Shown: positions 23,101 to 32,400, numbered from the stretch's first letter. The stretch: 64,000 nt of DNA from Neoechinorhynchus agilis (GCA_051530055.1 CM121343.1:4062389-4126388); one strand, 5' to 3'. The notes: generated by a model from the sequence alone, not told the origin. Numbers and translations: made by a program.

Positions 23101-23102
23101 GA
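11109..23102 (+). CDS. Giant (~4000 aa) acidic, Ser/Thr-rich, largely low-complexity protein with 12 x 85-aa repeats; family not recognised
   Basis: 12-kb open frame in AT-rich DNA; repeat variants all keep the frame. First ATG at 11109; an upstream exon is possible. Confidence 0.85.
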   Translation: MHVSDWLANRRYRSSGGGCRIGTLASTVPSWRSPGYSEPSSSFSRTGMTSTSFSSFAGTTPQQFNLNSSMLNRTNSIISTLPSYSSYYLNRTLSTPEGHRQNLSAINSSMVYDGKPSNLRNERNGSLIKEEIYDVEVIDHFPTLIELYGERPKVYRQGDCEVREEVVFVEDDPIVTEDIVCELVYVDGVCKHTRTLRRSRSEKRMFKKMRKRSVRRVASTAPQQRSSHEGNDDASSKSYYHTYYRDCNAKDNEHRYVELAAPIATLTPLPDTPYRQQVKPFETKKSTPQMPMSKLAISDVAPTETATQYGICTHLAKRKDIQSFSSRQDERIKTHSDRSMIPSNSNAPQLQSQVPPPRYSHISNREFDQRGGSLSYSRPFNEGNRYAIPTIRSTSSDLSTSSKSNTSSYIEPNQDSFWRGIDTVQTDVGIADSFMKFGKKESVSSEIHPISIHAVSTRLPEPNDSIGMQGNDSEPKIKSPAKVDTASADSSLIESDFYECISEEGGAEKMAQELFPPQIYMHLKDISKDKVVDADVAKESIDHGSSVDEAINWHDKVVQPESTLLQDSFTKPVDITIRSVTTDFHTSGIEAILHWHTDCKNTKRLFAVSSSKKYTSSILEFSLPLSTPINDVCREIDEHVEREDYGMQTGSQDVEPYLEFSSMPLSDTQLNRQKLEPMERNDNKEEIENAKESVVTIVGWHIEPTRNIPEFSLRNEPLETGVSISSETEDLSRRPGVSRILNWHLNENAKFGDVMSTETISQAESPYTSHEKATHSHSESIGTIVEWHLLRDPRDDPSISVQPITDESIARENLETLYLPFDGSSLQNIKITAEVSDQLPPKDQMDESSTPEVKYISSGNMDFTDDGRHRPEWPIESVSSEIPSDGISGTSGIGLDDILPLTEDNTFQEKNELDTKQFEEEMNLDSYKRIAEREGNEARHFTPPLAVRMDDADGYDAAADLSTLITDIIHKDFSEYRGASTASDGNKDQISEHLSYPFTRQNEQIDTRLSLEMMGAGSEGSLYTPFTAGSMDEKEVGTKDVFLASEEKSTALEDANQISGSTQSPNQKGMPKNDEDYSITTDSQTEKLKQQEHKVETVTLSKLEKSPEERDLDVSAEYKFSLYSDAISSPVFGMVGIEIGEQLDYSNAQPEFIEELNDNNLGEMPGLHQEGISEPPVENLQHRATCINKMQDATEIPSPIIPSTTSREQHSTSRMETQIQKPEDDLSTQTQPTKMYGVHVDQERKMDKIQTPSQLIDNLSALIKDVIAVNEDAQANFPLAAAVDISEQDLPLITQSHLASPFELTSSTKRDGDLEDSRLDASRKEVLVSEMIQPEKSPKISTIPVPIEGHAETTIPKTDKCIASLYKNESAYIRAVPSAEVEEEELEQKTDLCASSSQPDQNSKEIMDKQHKYTIEVNIAESSIISADNAGKHEVSDNRESASFDVKDESLSYPLDKPSTATADKLASLMDKEVKDSGEIEKELKKDDEDWTMLAEETTSPSDGIPSLIKEIIRAQSDLQSDATDKKLVDVKDESFSYPLDKPSTATADKLASLMDKEDKDSGEIERELKKDDKDWTALAEEMAVSCDGTPSLIQEIIRPQGDLQLDSTDRSLVDVKDESLSLPLDKPSTATADKLASLMDKEVKDSGEIEKELKKDDEDLTALKDEVTLPCDGIPSLIQEIIRAQGELQSDSTDRSLVDVKDESLSYTLDKTSTVTANKVASLMDKEVKDSVETERGSEEDDEDWTMLAEKTIVPSGGLPSLIQEIIRAQNDLQSDSTDRSLVDVKDESLSLPLDKASTVTAYKLASLMDKDVKDSGETEKGSKKDDEDLTALKDEVTMPCDGIPSLIQEIIRAQSDLQSDATDRSLVDVKDESLSLPLDKASTVTADKLASLMDKEVKDFGEIEKELTKDDEDFTALKDEATLPYDGIPSLIQEIIRAQSDLQSDATDRSLVDVKDESLSLPLDKASAVTADKLASLMDKEVKDSGETEKGSKKDDEDLTALKDEVTLPCDGIPSLIQEIIRAQSDLQSDATDRSLVDVKDESLSYPLDKTSTATADKLVSLMDKEVKDSVETERGSEEDDEDWTALAEETTVPCGGLPSLIQEIIRAQSDLQSDATDKKLVDVKDESLSYPLDKPSTATADKLASLMDKQVKDSGEIEKELKKDDKDWTMLAEGTTMPSDGIPSLIQEIIRAKSDLQSDATDKKLVDVKDESLSYPLDKPSTVTANKVASLMDKEVKDSGETEKGSKEDDEDWTALTEETTVPCGGLPSLIQEIIRAQSDLQSDATDRSLVDVKDESLSLPLDKASTVTADKLASLMDKEVKDSGEIEKELKKDDEDLTALKDEVTLPCDGTPSLIQEIIRAQSDLQSDATDRSLVDVKDESFSLPLDKASTVTANKLTSLMDKEVKDSVETERRSEEDDEDWTMLAEETIVPSDGIPSLIQEIIRDQGDLQSDVTDRNLEAKNYSDIFPDNLTYIIREIVDIPSSKSSSVAVTYRSSNEEIDEVSPGQSQVVDSKDSPISSIILSHLPLAVQSAIANHSRAVDDVHVPIEPAKTNLVIQEHVVVPSEEEIAPSDKLSSIINEIMKIDYRDRVETSTPHVATPDQSKMVEIKESKAFEHAESERLSNLSSLMDDILKCQIRDPVESVKMDSVDGKDNKQPFIDIEEPSGIVFGLSEDSSLSSKEPKFTTAKDETDGRDSVHSYASSTAPFLSAITGGVKAIRGSSSHDDSQKARIDEIIEDSMEVNVVQPATDRAYSIEEYRKLSGDGQNKSDYHITQIECPSGHIGAIMCSESPHADQLSPLGETKMAETEYSGISSIIKAQATALINSAEKFDSLPGNDGPISVKETVNDNNRKLEDDTTTVSMPTLEPEKSMKAEDHPPTIVEDRDPGLSEPFGGNLFRIMKEVTVASESSMTKPIPCVDYKPESSKRESELDVSKEIQEQVDIKDKSSLIESIITWHVSAMMPSDEDAPPNSSVLRNDAANIDDCKDFTEHDSSMVLTPCQNFETLDTFGAKEGNLAIVSEEFLDSRGLPFIGHSIVLTDTEFKKSESPSSRNIIEEIVLFHTLGNVSESASLYEKEVESAQTEKELGIATDNEATTLKEAELGTKEALEDPGVRESNSLASIIKEANSRTIPESSELCDTCDDERIDAQIQSPALPGVLVQDVFPPPIFESCTPNEQSVQYREQYYEMYARNSNIECSFNGGLVSQRRADEFVGDWRPVRDMILTGSETRSQVEEEDNFDYSSVSSTSVHMPASTGEEVESRSFDKIEPLYTSPFDRYSLVFGTKPKEFVDLQQRLVEDVNKFGHLKNEQSLIPHDDMKHRTFTSTSSYDLDSYHEPFFSETYRPSCDERIYALNLAETTSSDAYLSQSSYDLSARGHSPYYSPDTTAIKIADEDVHSLSFTSGASEMSDPHSSVASIIIDEALIAAVNQANRPSGVCMDTLQDELETNNAKLENLIKVAGETLNKDKTDREVSHDSQLTKELLYKADGAYKDLLSKVVSLNRDLSEQPSDENDAHDDKIINQSSTAVEQSASDVGEEIIDEQSASRSLDSKATEQQNFESTVDTMHDILKDRKEDDKSIEHLLIDIPDYVTSLASQSHPIHSYKEIIQARAKTIWERDSSEKEPELDYKEPPQPFPDNTRPADDNKACTTKKEPVTRRPVRSLSEDTSVSSILVDIMRTTLFGDPYIPKLSSSTTLSEKISLDNDEMDILETRIDTLTKEMNKELNREKTSHGSKKTSTDSRKRKSAGPSQHNVSSSKVAQDVKKKISPTTIQSQTRRPAPTTITATATQASSGMQHEPSITRITSPSQCPPVKSTTTTTTTATETAIHIHADGVPPAATRLSHHQPSSSSPPPPPPRPPQVTSTRKGHSAKSSQLVSASKTLIEGKEEANVRHELRTTVEKAPIEQIEEKMSRLLPSYVRIDKTNRQRRVTETDPAACDVEAPVSSASSNILDRLVLRPGNGNESEQNSDGKDSTSWKGSRSVRHRK
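15441..18490 (+). repeat. Coding tandem array, 12 x 255 bp (85 aa)
   Basis: DVKDES unit starts at 15441, 15696 ... 18246, at exact 255-bp spacing. Confidence 0.97.
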
Positions 23103-24352
23103 TTCGCACATGAGCGAATGGGAGCGAGTGTGCGCAATCAATCACGAGTCGCTTCTTGACGGATGATGATGATATTGGTGCTGGAATAATCGATTTATAC
23201 AGCATGTACATGTACAATGCCCATCAGTGTTGTCTCTATGTTGACACAATGTGTTCACAATTTGCCTAGTTTTTCTCCGATTCTAATCATGGATTTCCTC
23301 CTTTCAATACATATGTGTTCGACTGATATCGAGCATAAACAGTTCGCCATCTCAGCGTACATGCCACACTATTATGTGCCAGTATAATAATCACACAACT
23401 CACACATTCTCGCGCAATTCCCTTCAGTTTCTCATAGATCGCCAGTGCTCCATCATCATCATCTTCATCATCATATTGATCTAGTATCCAACTACTTGGG
23501 ATGCACCAAACAATCGTCGGCCAATCTCTATTATTCGAGAGATGTCTTGATTGAAATTAGCATGCCTGTAAATTGCACAGCGTAGGTTCATCAATACACA
23601 TCTTTGTTGAGCATGTTCAATCTTAGTCGAAATAAAATTGAATTTGTCATAGTTTCTTTTTTTCGTGGCTTATGTGAACATTACACAATACTTTGAGAAA
23701 AAATATATTCTACCTTTTCTTATCGAAAACTCTGTAGAAAGTCCAACTTGTTTGCAGGTTGTGGTGATATTGCACGTGAACATCACGAATTATTGTTTGT
23801 TGCTTTTCATAGCCCATCCGGGTAAAATCACCACCACCACCACCACCACCCATAAAACCAGATTGAACAAAACATCGACGATAGTCTATTTCATCCTAGT
23901 AGATGCCAATCCGATTAGAGAGAATGATCAAAAGTATCTAGGTCTTGATGATTATCACTCAATGTGTACAATTATGTCTTCTGTAAACGTTCTATAATTC
24001 AATGGACGTCAACATCGAAAAAATTAGTCCAGCGTTTCAAGCAAATCTTAAAAAGGTTTTTAGCTGTTTTGTATTAGATGGCTAGGGTACACAGAATCAT
24101 CATAAATTCCCCTTTTGTTATAAATGTTTGATTTCTCAAAAATGGTACGTTCTTCCTACAAAACATTGCGGCAACGCTGCAAGTGCCCTTCAGGCGTTTC
24201 CGAGTATCGAAGAGATGGATCTGGGAAGTTAGCTTGCTTTTGTTAAATAAAATACGTTGTTTTCAAAAAAAATCTAACAAAATATCTTTTGTCCGGGATT
24301 ATCATCAACACAATTCAAAGTCTATCATAGATATGTTTATTTTTTACCCATA

Positions 24353-24681
24353 CACGCCCGAATGGACACCCGCAGTCCATCGATTTCGGCCTGGGATGCG
24401 CTGGCATGCGCTCAATGCTCCAAGACCGTAGACGATTATAAGTTTGTACATCCCTCCGGATTCTCAGATACCTCCCGGGGAAGCGAGAGACTGTGAGTTT
24501 CCTCCCTTCATCGAGGTATTTAGTTCCCTTTGGTTGTGCGTCATCGGCGGTAACGGATTTTGAACCCGTTGACCCTAAATGGGATCAGGAGCATTAGTCC
24601 ACTTGACCACCTCAGCACAACTAAGGAATGTACAAACTTCGCCACTTTAATCGATGGACTGCGGGTGTCCATTCGGCCGTG
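24353..24681. mobile_element. Tc1/mariner-type MITE (TA target duplication, ~33-bp TIRs) containing a SINE copy
   Basis: TA|cacgcccgaatggacacccgcagtccatcgatt ... aatcgatggactgcgggtgtccattcggccgtg|TA, one mismatch. Confidence 0.85.
24442..24648 (-). mobile_element. tRNA-derived SINE-like element, full-length copy with a degenerate hammerhead
   Basis: A box tggtcaagtgg, B-box remnant gttcaaaatcc; homologous to the copies at 24765, 51972 and 54530-54903. Confidence 0.8.
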
Positions 24682-24764
24682 TATCGAAAAAAATATCTAT
24701 CAAAAGACTACTGGTTGAGCCACATATGAAAAATATTCTAAAAAATCGGAAAGCTTATCCCGGC

Positions 24765-24945
24765 TAAAGTGGCGAAGTTTGTATATTCCGTAGTTGTGCT
24801 GAGGTGGTCAAGTGGGCCAGCGCTCCTGATCCAAGCTTTGTTGGGTCACCGCCGATGACGATAACTAAAGGGGATGCAATACCCCGTTGAAGGGAAGAGG
24901 AAACTCACTAATGAGTATCGCCTCCTGGAGGTATCTGAAAATCCG
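24765..24945 (+). mobile_element. tRNA-derived SINE-like element, degenerate copy inverted relative to the copy at 24442-24648
   Basis: Same 5' leader taaagtggcgaagtttgta, A box, aaactcactaatgag (mutated core), gaggtatctga. Confidence 0.75.
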
Positions 24946-25259
24946 GAACGCGAGACCAAAAGAGTTCCGATGAAACATCGATCACATTGAAGTGAGGACC
25001 CTCATTAACGCAAAAGCGAAACGATTTCAATGCGAATATCATTACATTTCAATGTGTGAAATCTACGCGGAAAATCGTGAACTTTAAGGAGTGGAGCTGC
25101 AGAGGAAAAAACTGATCAAATGTAAAATGGTATACAGGTAACCGATCACCCCGGTAGTAGCGTTTATTGATCGCTAAATAATCATATGTTTTTTAGGAGA
25201 AAAACAACTTTGTAAAACGCGGAACATTAATCATAAATTTTGTTCAACTTTAACGATGA

Positions 25260-27218
25260 TTAATTCTGCTCCATCTCAGGTTGTATAGTAAGCGTGTGGA
25301 CTCCTTTTTTGTGAAACACTGCCTTTACGTTGCGACATATCCGATCGTATTCGCTTAAGTCATCGATTTCATTTTTTATAAGAGATGAAAACAATGATAT
25401 AAATCACGAAGTTTGATATGAACTGATGCAATTACATCATTACCTGATAGGCGCCACACATGAAGTTGAGGGACGGATATTATGCCTTCAACCTAAGAAA
25501 TACGTGCATTAAAATTCTTTTAAATAATTATCAAATTCGCTTACTTGTTCTAATAGAGTTTTACGAATCTGTTTAACTTCTATATGCTTTGGTGCAGTTT
25601 GCAAAAGGATCATAGCCGATTCTATGACTAAAGAATATGATTATAATCGATGATTCTCCAAAAATCCTTCAAAATATAATAATTCCAATTACATCTTTTT
25701 AGTTGAATTCCGAAAATTAATCCATCTGATTTTTTTGAATAATTTAGCCCCGCTCTTTTGCAGAGATTAAGTACGTTAAACTCTTTTGCTTTTCGGCCGT
25801 TTGAAATTTAAAACTATTTGTTGGAGACATAAGCAACTTGGCTAAGCTTATTTGTCGATTTTAAAAAATCGCTATGATTAGGTTTTATAGGGCAATAACT
25901 GAAATTATGAAAACGCACACACACACATATCATCGAGTGTGAATATGTTCATAAATTTATTGGTAGTAGTCTGTACAAAATGTCATAAAATACCGGATAT
26001 TCTTTTGATTGAAGAAGTTTTATTTTTGAAGATTGAAAATCCAATCGTGCCTTTGGTTATAAAAGTGGTTGGTACGACATTGTACCTCCGAAATATTAGA
26101 TTTAATAAATTCCTTTAATTTTTAGGCCATAAACAAGCAACTAAATTTTTTGAGTGATGTGTATTTTATCTGGGCGTAACTGTGAGCTCTAATTCTATAG
26201 GAATTCATTGCCCGGTGAGATGATAGTTCCACGATATGTACAAAGAAAACGCGCAATCACTTACGCAGTGGTATTGTAAAGCCAGCGATCAATAAAACCA
26301 TTATTAGACTATGTGAGGCTTGCATTTGAATCGAATTTAATGGTTCTAAAAACCCCTGACCTCATGGTTGGATCCAAATAGTGTTTCCAGGCCCAATTAT
26401 CGGGCAAGTATCGTATGCACAGTCCACTGATGATCACAACAACCGATCCAAGAGCATCGTTTATCACATGCATGGAAACTCCTTTCATATTGAGTTGAGA
26501 ACCTAATGGAAGCGTTTTTTCGGGAAGGTGTATTTTAGATAATAAACAAACCTTCATGTATTTTGTCGTGTTCACATTTTGTATATGGTGGAAAGGGTTC
26601 CTCATCGTGTTCAATATTAAGCCGTACTAACTGTTCATCCATATTTATTGTAGATAACTTCATTTCCGCACTGTGGACAATTCTTTGTTGATGGCAATGG
26701 CCGTCGTCGCCTGCTATATTTTTCATCGTGAGTTAAGTGTTGTTTAGCGCCATGGTCGCCAATTGTAACCTTTAAGAACTACTAGTCCAAGAAGATTTAC
26801 GAGTAGACCTATTACACCAACAATAATCAAATATTTGTTGTCTTCGATTTCCTCAAAATGGTAGAACCGTTTGAGGGCTTGGATAATAATGCTTGTGCAA
26901 AGAGCCATTAAGAAAACTGTGTTTACGAGAGCACCAAGGACTTCGGCTCTGACCCATCCAAAGGTGTTTCGATCCGTTTTTCGCTTAGATATCTAAGAAT
27001 CAATTATGTAAGGGAATGAGGAAAAAACAAACCCTCAATGAAACTATCGCTATGACTAATGCACAAGAATCAGATAGCATGTGAGCAGAATCGGCGACCA
27101 GTGCCACGGATCGTGTCAGGAAACCAGAAACTATCTCCACGCAAAAGAAAAGTAATGTAAGAAAAATCATTGTAGACAGTTTGCAAGTCTTTGAAAGATG
27201 AAAATGTCGCTTAACCAT
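25260..27218 (-). CDS. SLC30A1: CDF-family zinc exporter, ZnT1-like; multi-exon; apparent frameshift near 25390
   Basis: LVADSAHMLSD (HxxxD), NTFGWVRAEVLGALVN, NMKGVSMHVINDALGS (HxxxD), YLDPT, ESAMILLQ, LHVWRL, GVHTLTIQPE; GT-AG introns of about 40-56 nt plus one of about 630 nt. Confidence 0.88.
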
Positions 27219-27374
27219 CTAAAATTACTACGGGAAATAAAATTAAGAAACTCTCATCGCGTTTAAATTCTCAAGTGCCATTAGAGATAATAGATTTCCT
27301 TTTGTTCACAACTAAAATAAGACTTTTTGGTTTAGTGACTTTGGGTTATCCAGCGTTAGCACGGAGAGAAACTG

Positions 27375-27495
27375 GAAATGAGGAGAAATCGCGGACGAGA
27401 AAGGCTGAGTAAACGATAGATGGATTGCATCAAACAGGATAAATCGGTTGTCGAGGGAACTGCAACCTCGAGAGAGAAAAATGCGTGAGAAGAAG
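27375..27495 (+). repeat. Dispersed repeat, second copy at about 31065-31180
   Basis: Shared tggattgcatcaaacaggataaa..gttgtcgagggaac..caacctcgagagagaaaaatgcgtgagaaga. Confidence 0.8.
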
Positions 27496-27689
27496 AAGCG
27501 TACGGTATTACCTGGACTATTTAGAAATTCAACTATCGCCGATGAGGATAGCTTTATGGAGAATGAAAGTTGGCAGTCTAACGCAGAACCAATTAAGTTT
27601 ACGAGGAAATATTCTGAAACAATACAAAAGTCATTTAAAAAATTTACTCTTTCGAAATCGCTGGAGGTGCAGCGGAAGGAAGGTACGAA

Positions 27690-27870
27690 AATATAGGGAT
27701 TTAGCAAGGGCCCACTATTTTGCCCCCTTCGGACTAGAGAAGTATGGAGCGCTTGGCAGCTCGGCACTCTGCTCCAGGATCTCTCGAATAAATTGAGAGA
27801 CCGGCGACGCACGAGCAGGACAAAATATCTTGCTCGCAGTACAACGAGGCAGCCTAGGAAGGAGAGAAGC
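27690..27870 (+). mobile_element. CRE-clade LINE fragment (restriction-like endonuclease region)
   Basis: RKVRKYRDLARAHYFAPFGLEKYGALGSSA matches the KxxKY...FxPFxxET.G motif of the other copies. Confidence 0.7.
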
Positions 27871-28240
27871 TCCAATTTTGCGGACGGTGGTGATTGAACG
27901 TTTTGTGCTTTATTATGTTATAATAAAAGATTTATTTGAAAAAGTTAAAGATATAAGAATTCAAATTAAAGTTGAATTTACTAGTTAAGAAGAGAAAACG
28001 GAATATTTCAAAATGATTTTGAATTCAATAAAATCTAATTTTTTAATTGAGTTATACAATTACGGATTATACGGGATTAAGTAAAGAATTATGTATAATC
28101 AAAATCGAATTGCGAATAACAATAAATTATTGCGTCTTTTTTAAGTGAACAAGTAGCAAATAGCACTTAAAAATCAGTCGATTATCGACACAGAAGTTCT
28201 TGTTACAATTAAAGCTATAAAAATGTCGATATGTGAGGTA

Positions 28241-29458
28241 TCGGGGAAATGTGATTATTGGAATTATCATTGTTAAGATCGATTAAAAGAGATTCGTCGA
28301 ACCTCGTTTTGGGGTTCATCATCTCAGTTTTATGAGTTACTCATCCACTTGTCCCAAGGAGGTTTGCAGAATGTCTTTTTAATCGAAAAGACTTCATTTA
28401 CCCCGCCACAATAATCGGGGAAATGTGATTATTGGAATTATCATTGTTAAGATCGATTAAAAGAGATTCGTCGAACCTCGTTTTGGGGTTCATCATCTCA
28501 GTTTTATGAGTTACTCATCCACTTGTCCCAAGGAGGTTTGCAGAATGTCTTTTTAATCGAAAAGACTTCATTTACCCCGCCACAATAATCGGGGAAATGT
28601 GATTATTGGAATTATCATTGTTAAGATCGATTAAAAGAGATTCGTCGAACCTCGTTTTGGGGCTCATCATCTCAGTTTTATGAGTTACTCATCCACTTGT
28701 CCCAAGGAGGTTTGCAGAATGTCTTTTTAATCGAAAAGACTTCATTTACCCCGCCACAATAATCGGGGAAATGTGATTATTGGAATTATCATTGTTAAGA
28801 TCGATTAAAAGAGATTCGTCGAACCTCGTTTTGGGGTTCATCATCTCAGTTTTATGAGTTACTCATCCACTTGTCCCAAGGAGGTTTGCAGAATGTCTTT
28901 TTAATCGAAAAGACTTCATTTACCCCGCCACAATAATCGGGGAAATGTGATTATTGGAATTATCATTGTTAAGATCGATTAAAAGAGATTCGTCGAACCT
29001 CGTTTTGGGGCTCATCATCTCAGTTTTATGAGTTACTCATCCACTTGTCCCAAGGAGGTTTGCAGAATGTCTTTTTAATCGAAAAGACTTCATTTACCCC
29101 GCCACAATAATCGGGGAAATGTGATTATTGGAATTATCATTGTTAAGATCGATTAAAAGAGATTCGTCGAACCTCGTTTTGGGGCTCATCATCTCAGTTT
29201 TATGAGTTACTCATCCACTTGTCCCAAGGAGGTTTGCAGAATGTCTTTTTAATCGAAAAGACTTCATTTACCTCGCCACAATAATCGGGGAAATGTGATT
29301 ATTGGAATTATCATTGTTAAGATCGATTAAAAGAGATTCGTCGAACCTCGTTTTGGGGCTCATCATCTCAGTTTTATGAGTTACTCATCCACTTGTCCCA
29401 AGGAGGTTTGCAGAATGTCTTTTTAATCGAAAAGACTTCATTTACCCCGCCACAATAA
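28241..29458. repeat. Tandem array, 7 x 174 bp, nearly identical units
   Basis: tcggggaaatg at 28241, 28415, 28589, 28763, 28937, 29111 and 29285; only 1-2 substitutions between units. Confidence 0.97.
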
Positions 29459-32400
29459 TAATTCTAAATCTATAAAATATAGGAGATGAATTAAAATTTC
29501 AAGGTAATTGCTAGCAATTTCGAAGGAAATTAATTATCTCAGTCAAGATTGAAACATACTAAAACCTACAGAAACGCGATTATAAAGAATTCAGAAAATA
29601 GATCAAGAACAGAACTTGGAAACAATTGACTTTTGTAAGGCCAACGAAAAGGCCGAAATTTTTCCATTTATTTTCTGAATCAAACATCGCTAATTGAAAC
29701 TATAATGAATAATTTACGATTATAAAGAAGTAGCGAGAGTCTTTTGTCTAGCAATAATTTTTAAAGACCGAGTTTCCGTGTTGAAAAAGGACAAATACGC
29801 TTAAACCTGAGTATTAAAGTATGCGAAAGAACAAGATTTCACATGAGCTATCAGTTTTCAACTTTGGTTCAATGGACCGCCGGAGCACTCCGTCGATATC
29901 CATTGAATTCTTTTAAATGGAATTCGTATTTTGACCAATTGAGCATTTTGATGCTACTTAAATTTTTAAGCTTTCGAAATTAAACTTTTCATTCTGAGAT
30001 TGCAACGTAGAACTTAATTTTTTCATTAGAGATCTAATAAAACAATTAGAAAGCTCGATCGAAATATGGAAAAAGGTTTAAACGCTTTTTGTTTCTTTCA
30101 AATCGATCGGTTTTATTGATTTTTATTCATATGCGGATATACTCCAATTCTAATGTTGAGCCAAATTTAAGTCAACAAATTTTAACACAACAAACGCATT
30201 CGTCATTAGAAATAATTTTAACGGCAAAAAATATAAACCGTAATTTTAGAAGTTTGCTCTTAGCCTTGATCGTCTCTAAGTTTTTTTAATCGTTTTCGCA
30301 ATCGGATACTTTGACGAAGTCTAAAACACTCTTTTTAATGGACCTTTTTCGAGGTTAAAAAGTATCAGTTTTAAAGAAAAGACAAAAATCACAATATGAG
30401 TATTTTCTATTGAACGTTGATCATTTTAGAGTTTTCATTCATTATTTATATTTCGATCTATTCATTATCGAAGCTTAAATACAAAAGCCAAGAGGTCTGC
30501 AAAGCTAAAATCATAATTTCATTTTTTTGAGCGTGTATTTTTTATAAGATTTTCAATATCTATTCATCGGTGGACTTTTTTACGAGCTTTAAATACCGAG
30601 CCCAAGATAAATCAAGGGTATAAAATGGATCTAAGATAGTCTTTTCTAGTGCTTGTCGTTTTTCAGGTTTTCTTTGACAAGTTAAAATGTATAAAAAGCT
30701 TTTGGCTTTCTGCGCTTATCTCGTAGTTTCGATACCGATTCTTTGGTCGCGCACTCTAAAATTATCGAGCTTTTTGAGTTTATTTGAAACTCATACCGAG
30801 ATATTGCGTTAATTGTGATTTCTATAATAAAAAAAGAGTAAAATCGGGCATTAGAATTGTACTCCTATTTAACTTTAAAAAGATGAAACTTTTCTCTCAA
30901 ACAATTGAAAACTAATGCAAACTTGTAGAATGCTTACTATTGTACACTTTCCTAAATCAATTTGGTTGTTGGTTGTCATTTGGGTCAAAATTTGGGAAGA
31001 ATTTTACAATCGGATGCCCTTCCTGACCCTTCTCCTTTTTCAGCCGGGCTTGGGACCGTCCTTGGCGACTGGAAATCGCCGACGAGGAAAGCCGAGGAAA
31101 CGATGAGTGGATTGCATCAAACAGGATAAATTGGTTGTCGAGGGAACGGCAACCTCGAGAGAGAGAAAAATGCGTGAGAAGACTTTCCTAAATCAATGAT
31201 CAAGATTTTCGTTGTATTTGGTGAGCGCGGTAGTCCATAAAGATATTTGAACAATAGCGAAATGGTAGAATTTTTATCTATTACGCATTTTTTGGAATGT
31301 AATATAGTTCGAACGTCGATCGAACAAGGACGGTGATTGCGATTTGCATTACAAATATCACTCAAGTTAAAAGCATCAAAACGTCCGCGATTTATTGAAT
31401 GTGGCAAAAAGTAGAATCGGTCTCCTCTTTATGCAACTTAAATCCGCCAATCATATTTAACTGTTTCGGCAGCAATTTGAAAACTGAATTCACGCACAAA
31501 ATTTATGATCAGTGATGCAAATTAAATGTGAAAATTGTGTTTAATTTTCGGTTAGGTTAAAATGTAGGGATGAATGTTTAATTATTGCCTGAATTGCACT
31601 TTGAAGCTATTTTAATCAATTCCCAGCGACGGATCCGAGGGTGATCTAGTTGTTATAACGTAAATTGGCTAAGCAAAAATTATGCATTCTTAGTCCAATG
31701 CCAACACAATGCGCTTATTCTTAAGCGCTTGTTTTGCCACAACAATTCATTCTCGTCGCTGATTGGCGAAAACCTTGAATTTAAAGATTAAGTGCAAAGA
31801 TTATGTAATTAGGACATTAAAATCTTTAGACTTTCTGTACGAATGTTAACTAAGAGTATCAGTGATGATTCCGGATTTAAATAAAATTTATCGTTCACTC
31901 GAATGCTTAAGGAGAAAATTGCATTAAAAATATATTTTTTTCTTACTAATTGCCTCCAAAAAAATTATTGGAATTAAATTTAAAAAATCGGATACATGCA
32001 CACAATGTCCACAAGTTTTATAAAAATAAAATTTTTGTGGCTGCTTTGCAATATTAGAAAAAGCATAAAAAACATCGCTAAAAACTCTTGATTCTGTTTA
32101 CAACATGGTCGCATTATGTATTTTCAAAAAGAGATGCTAGGTTGTAAAAATATTTACAGGAAGATAAAGTGTCCTACAATATCTTGGAAGATGTAACGAT
32201 GTAGCTTAATTACCGAATAAAAGTTGGATTGTTTTTATAACTGCTAATTTTTTTTCGTTGTAAATATTTTTTTTGTGGACGAAAATATGTGGCCATCATC
32301 AAGGAAGCTGCCGAACAATCATAAAGTATGAGTAATGGGGATTTGGAAAGAATAATTGAGTCTTTTTATAAAATTTGTGATTGCTTTACAAATTAGCTCA

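Noticed and set aside
28241-29458. 174-bp array as a CRISPR-like locus
   Set aside because: Units are contiguous and identical with no unique spacers; no cas genes; animal context
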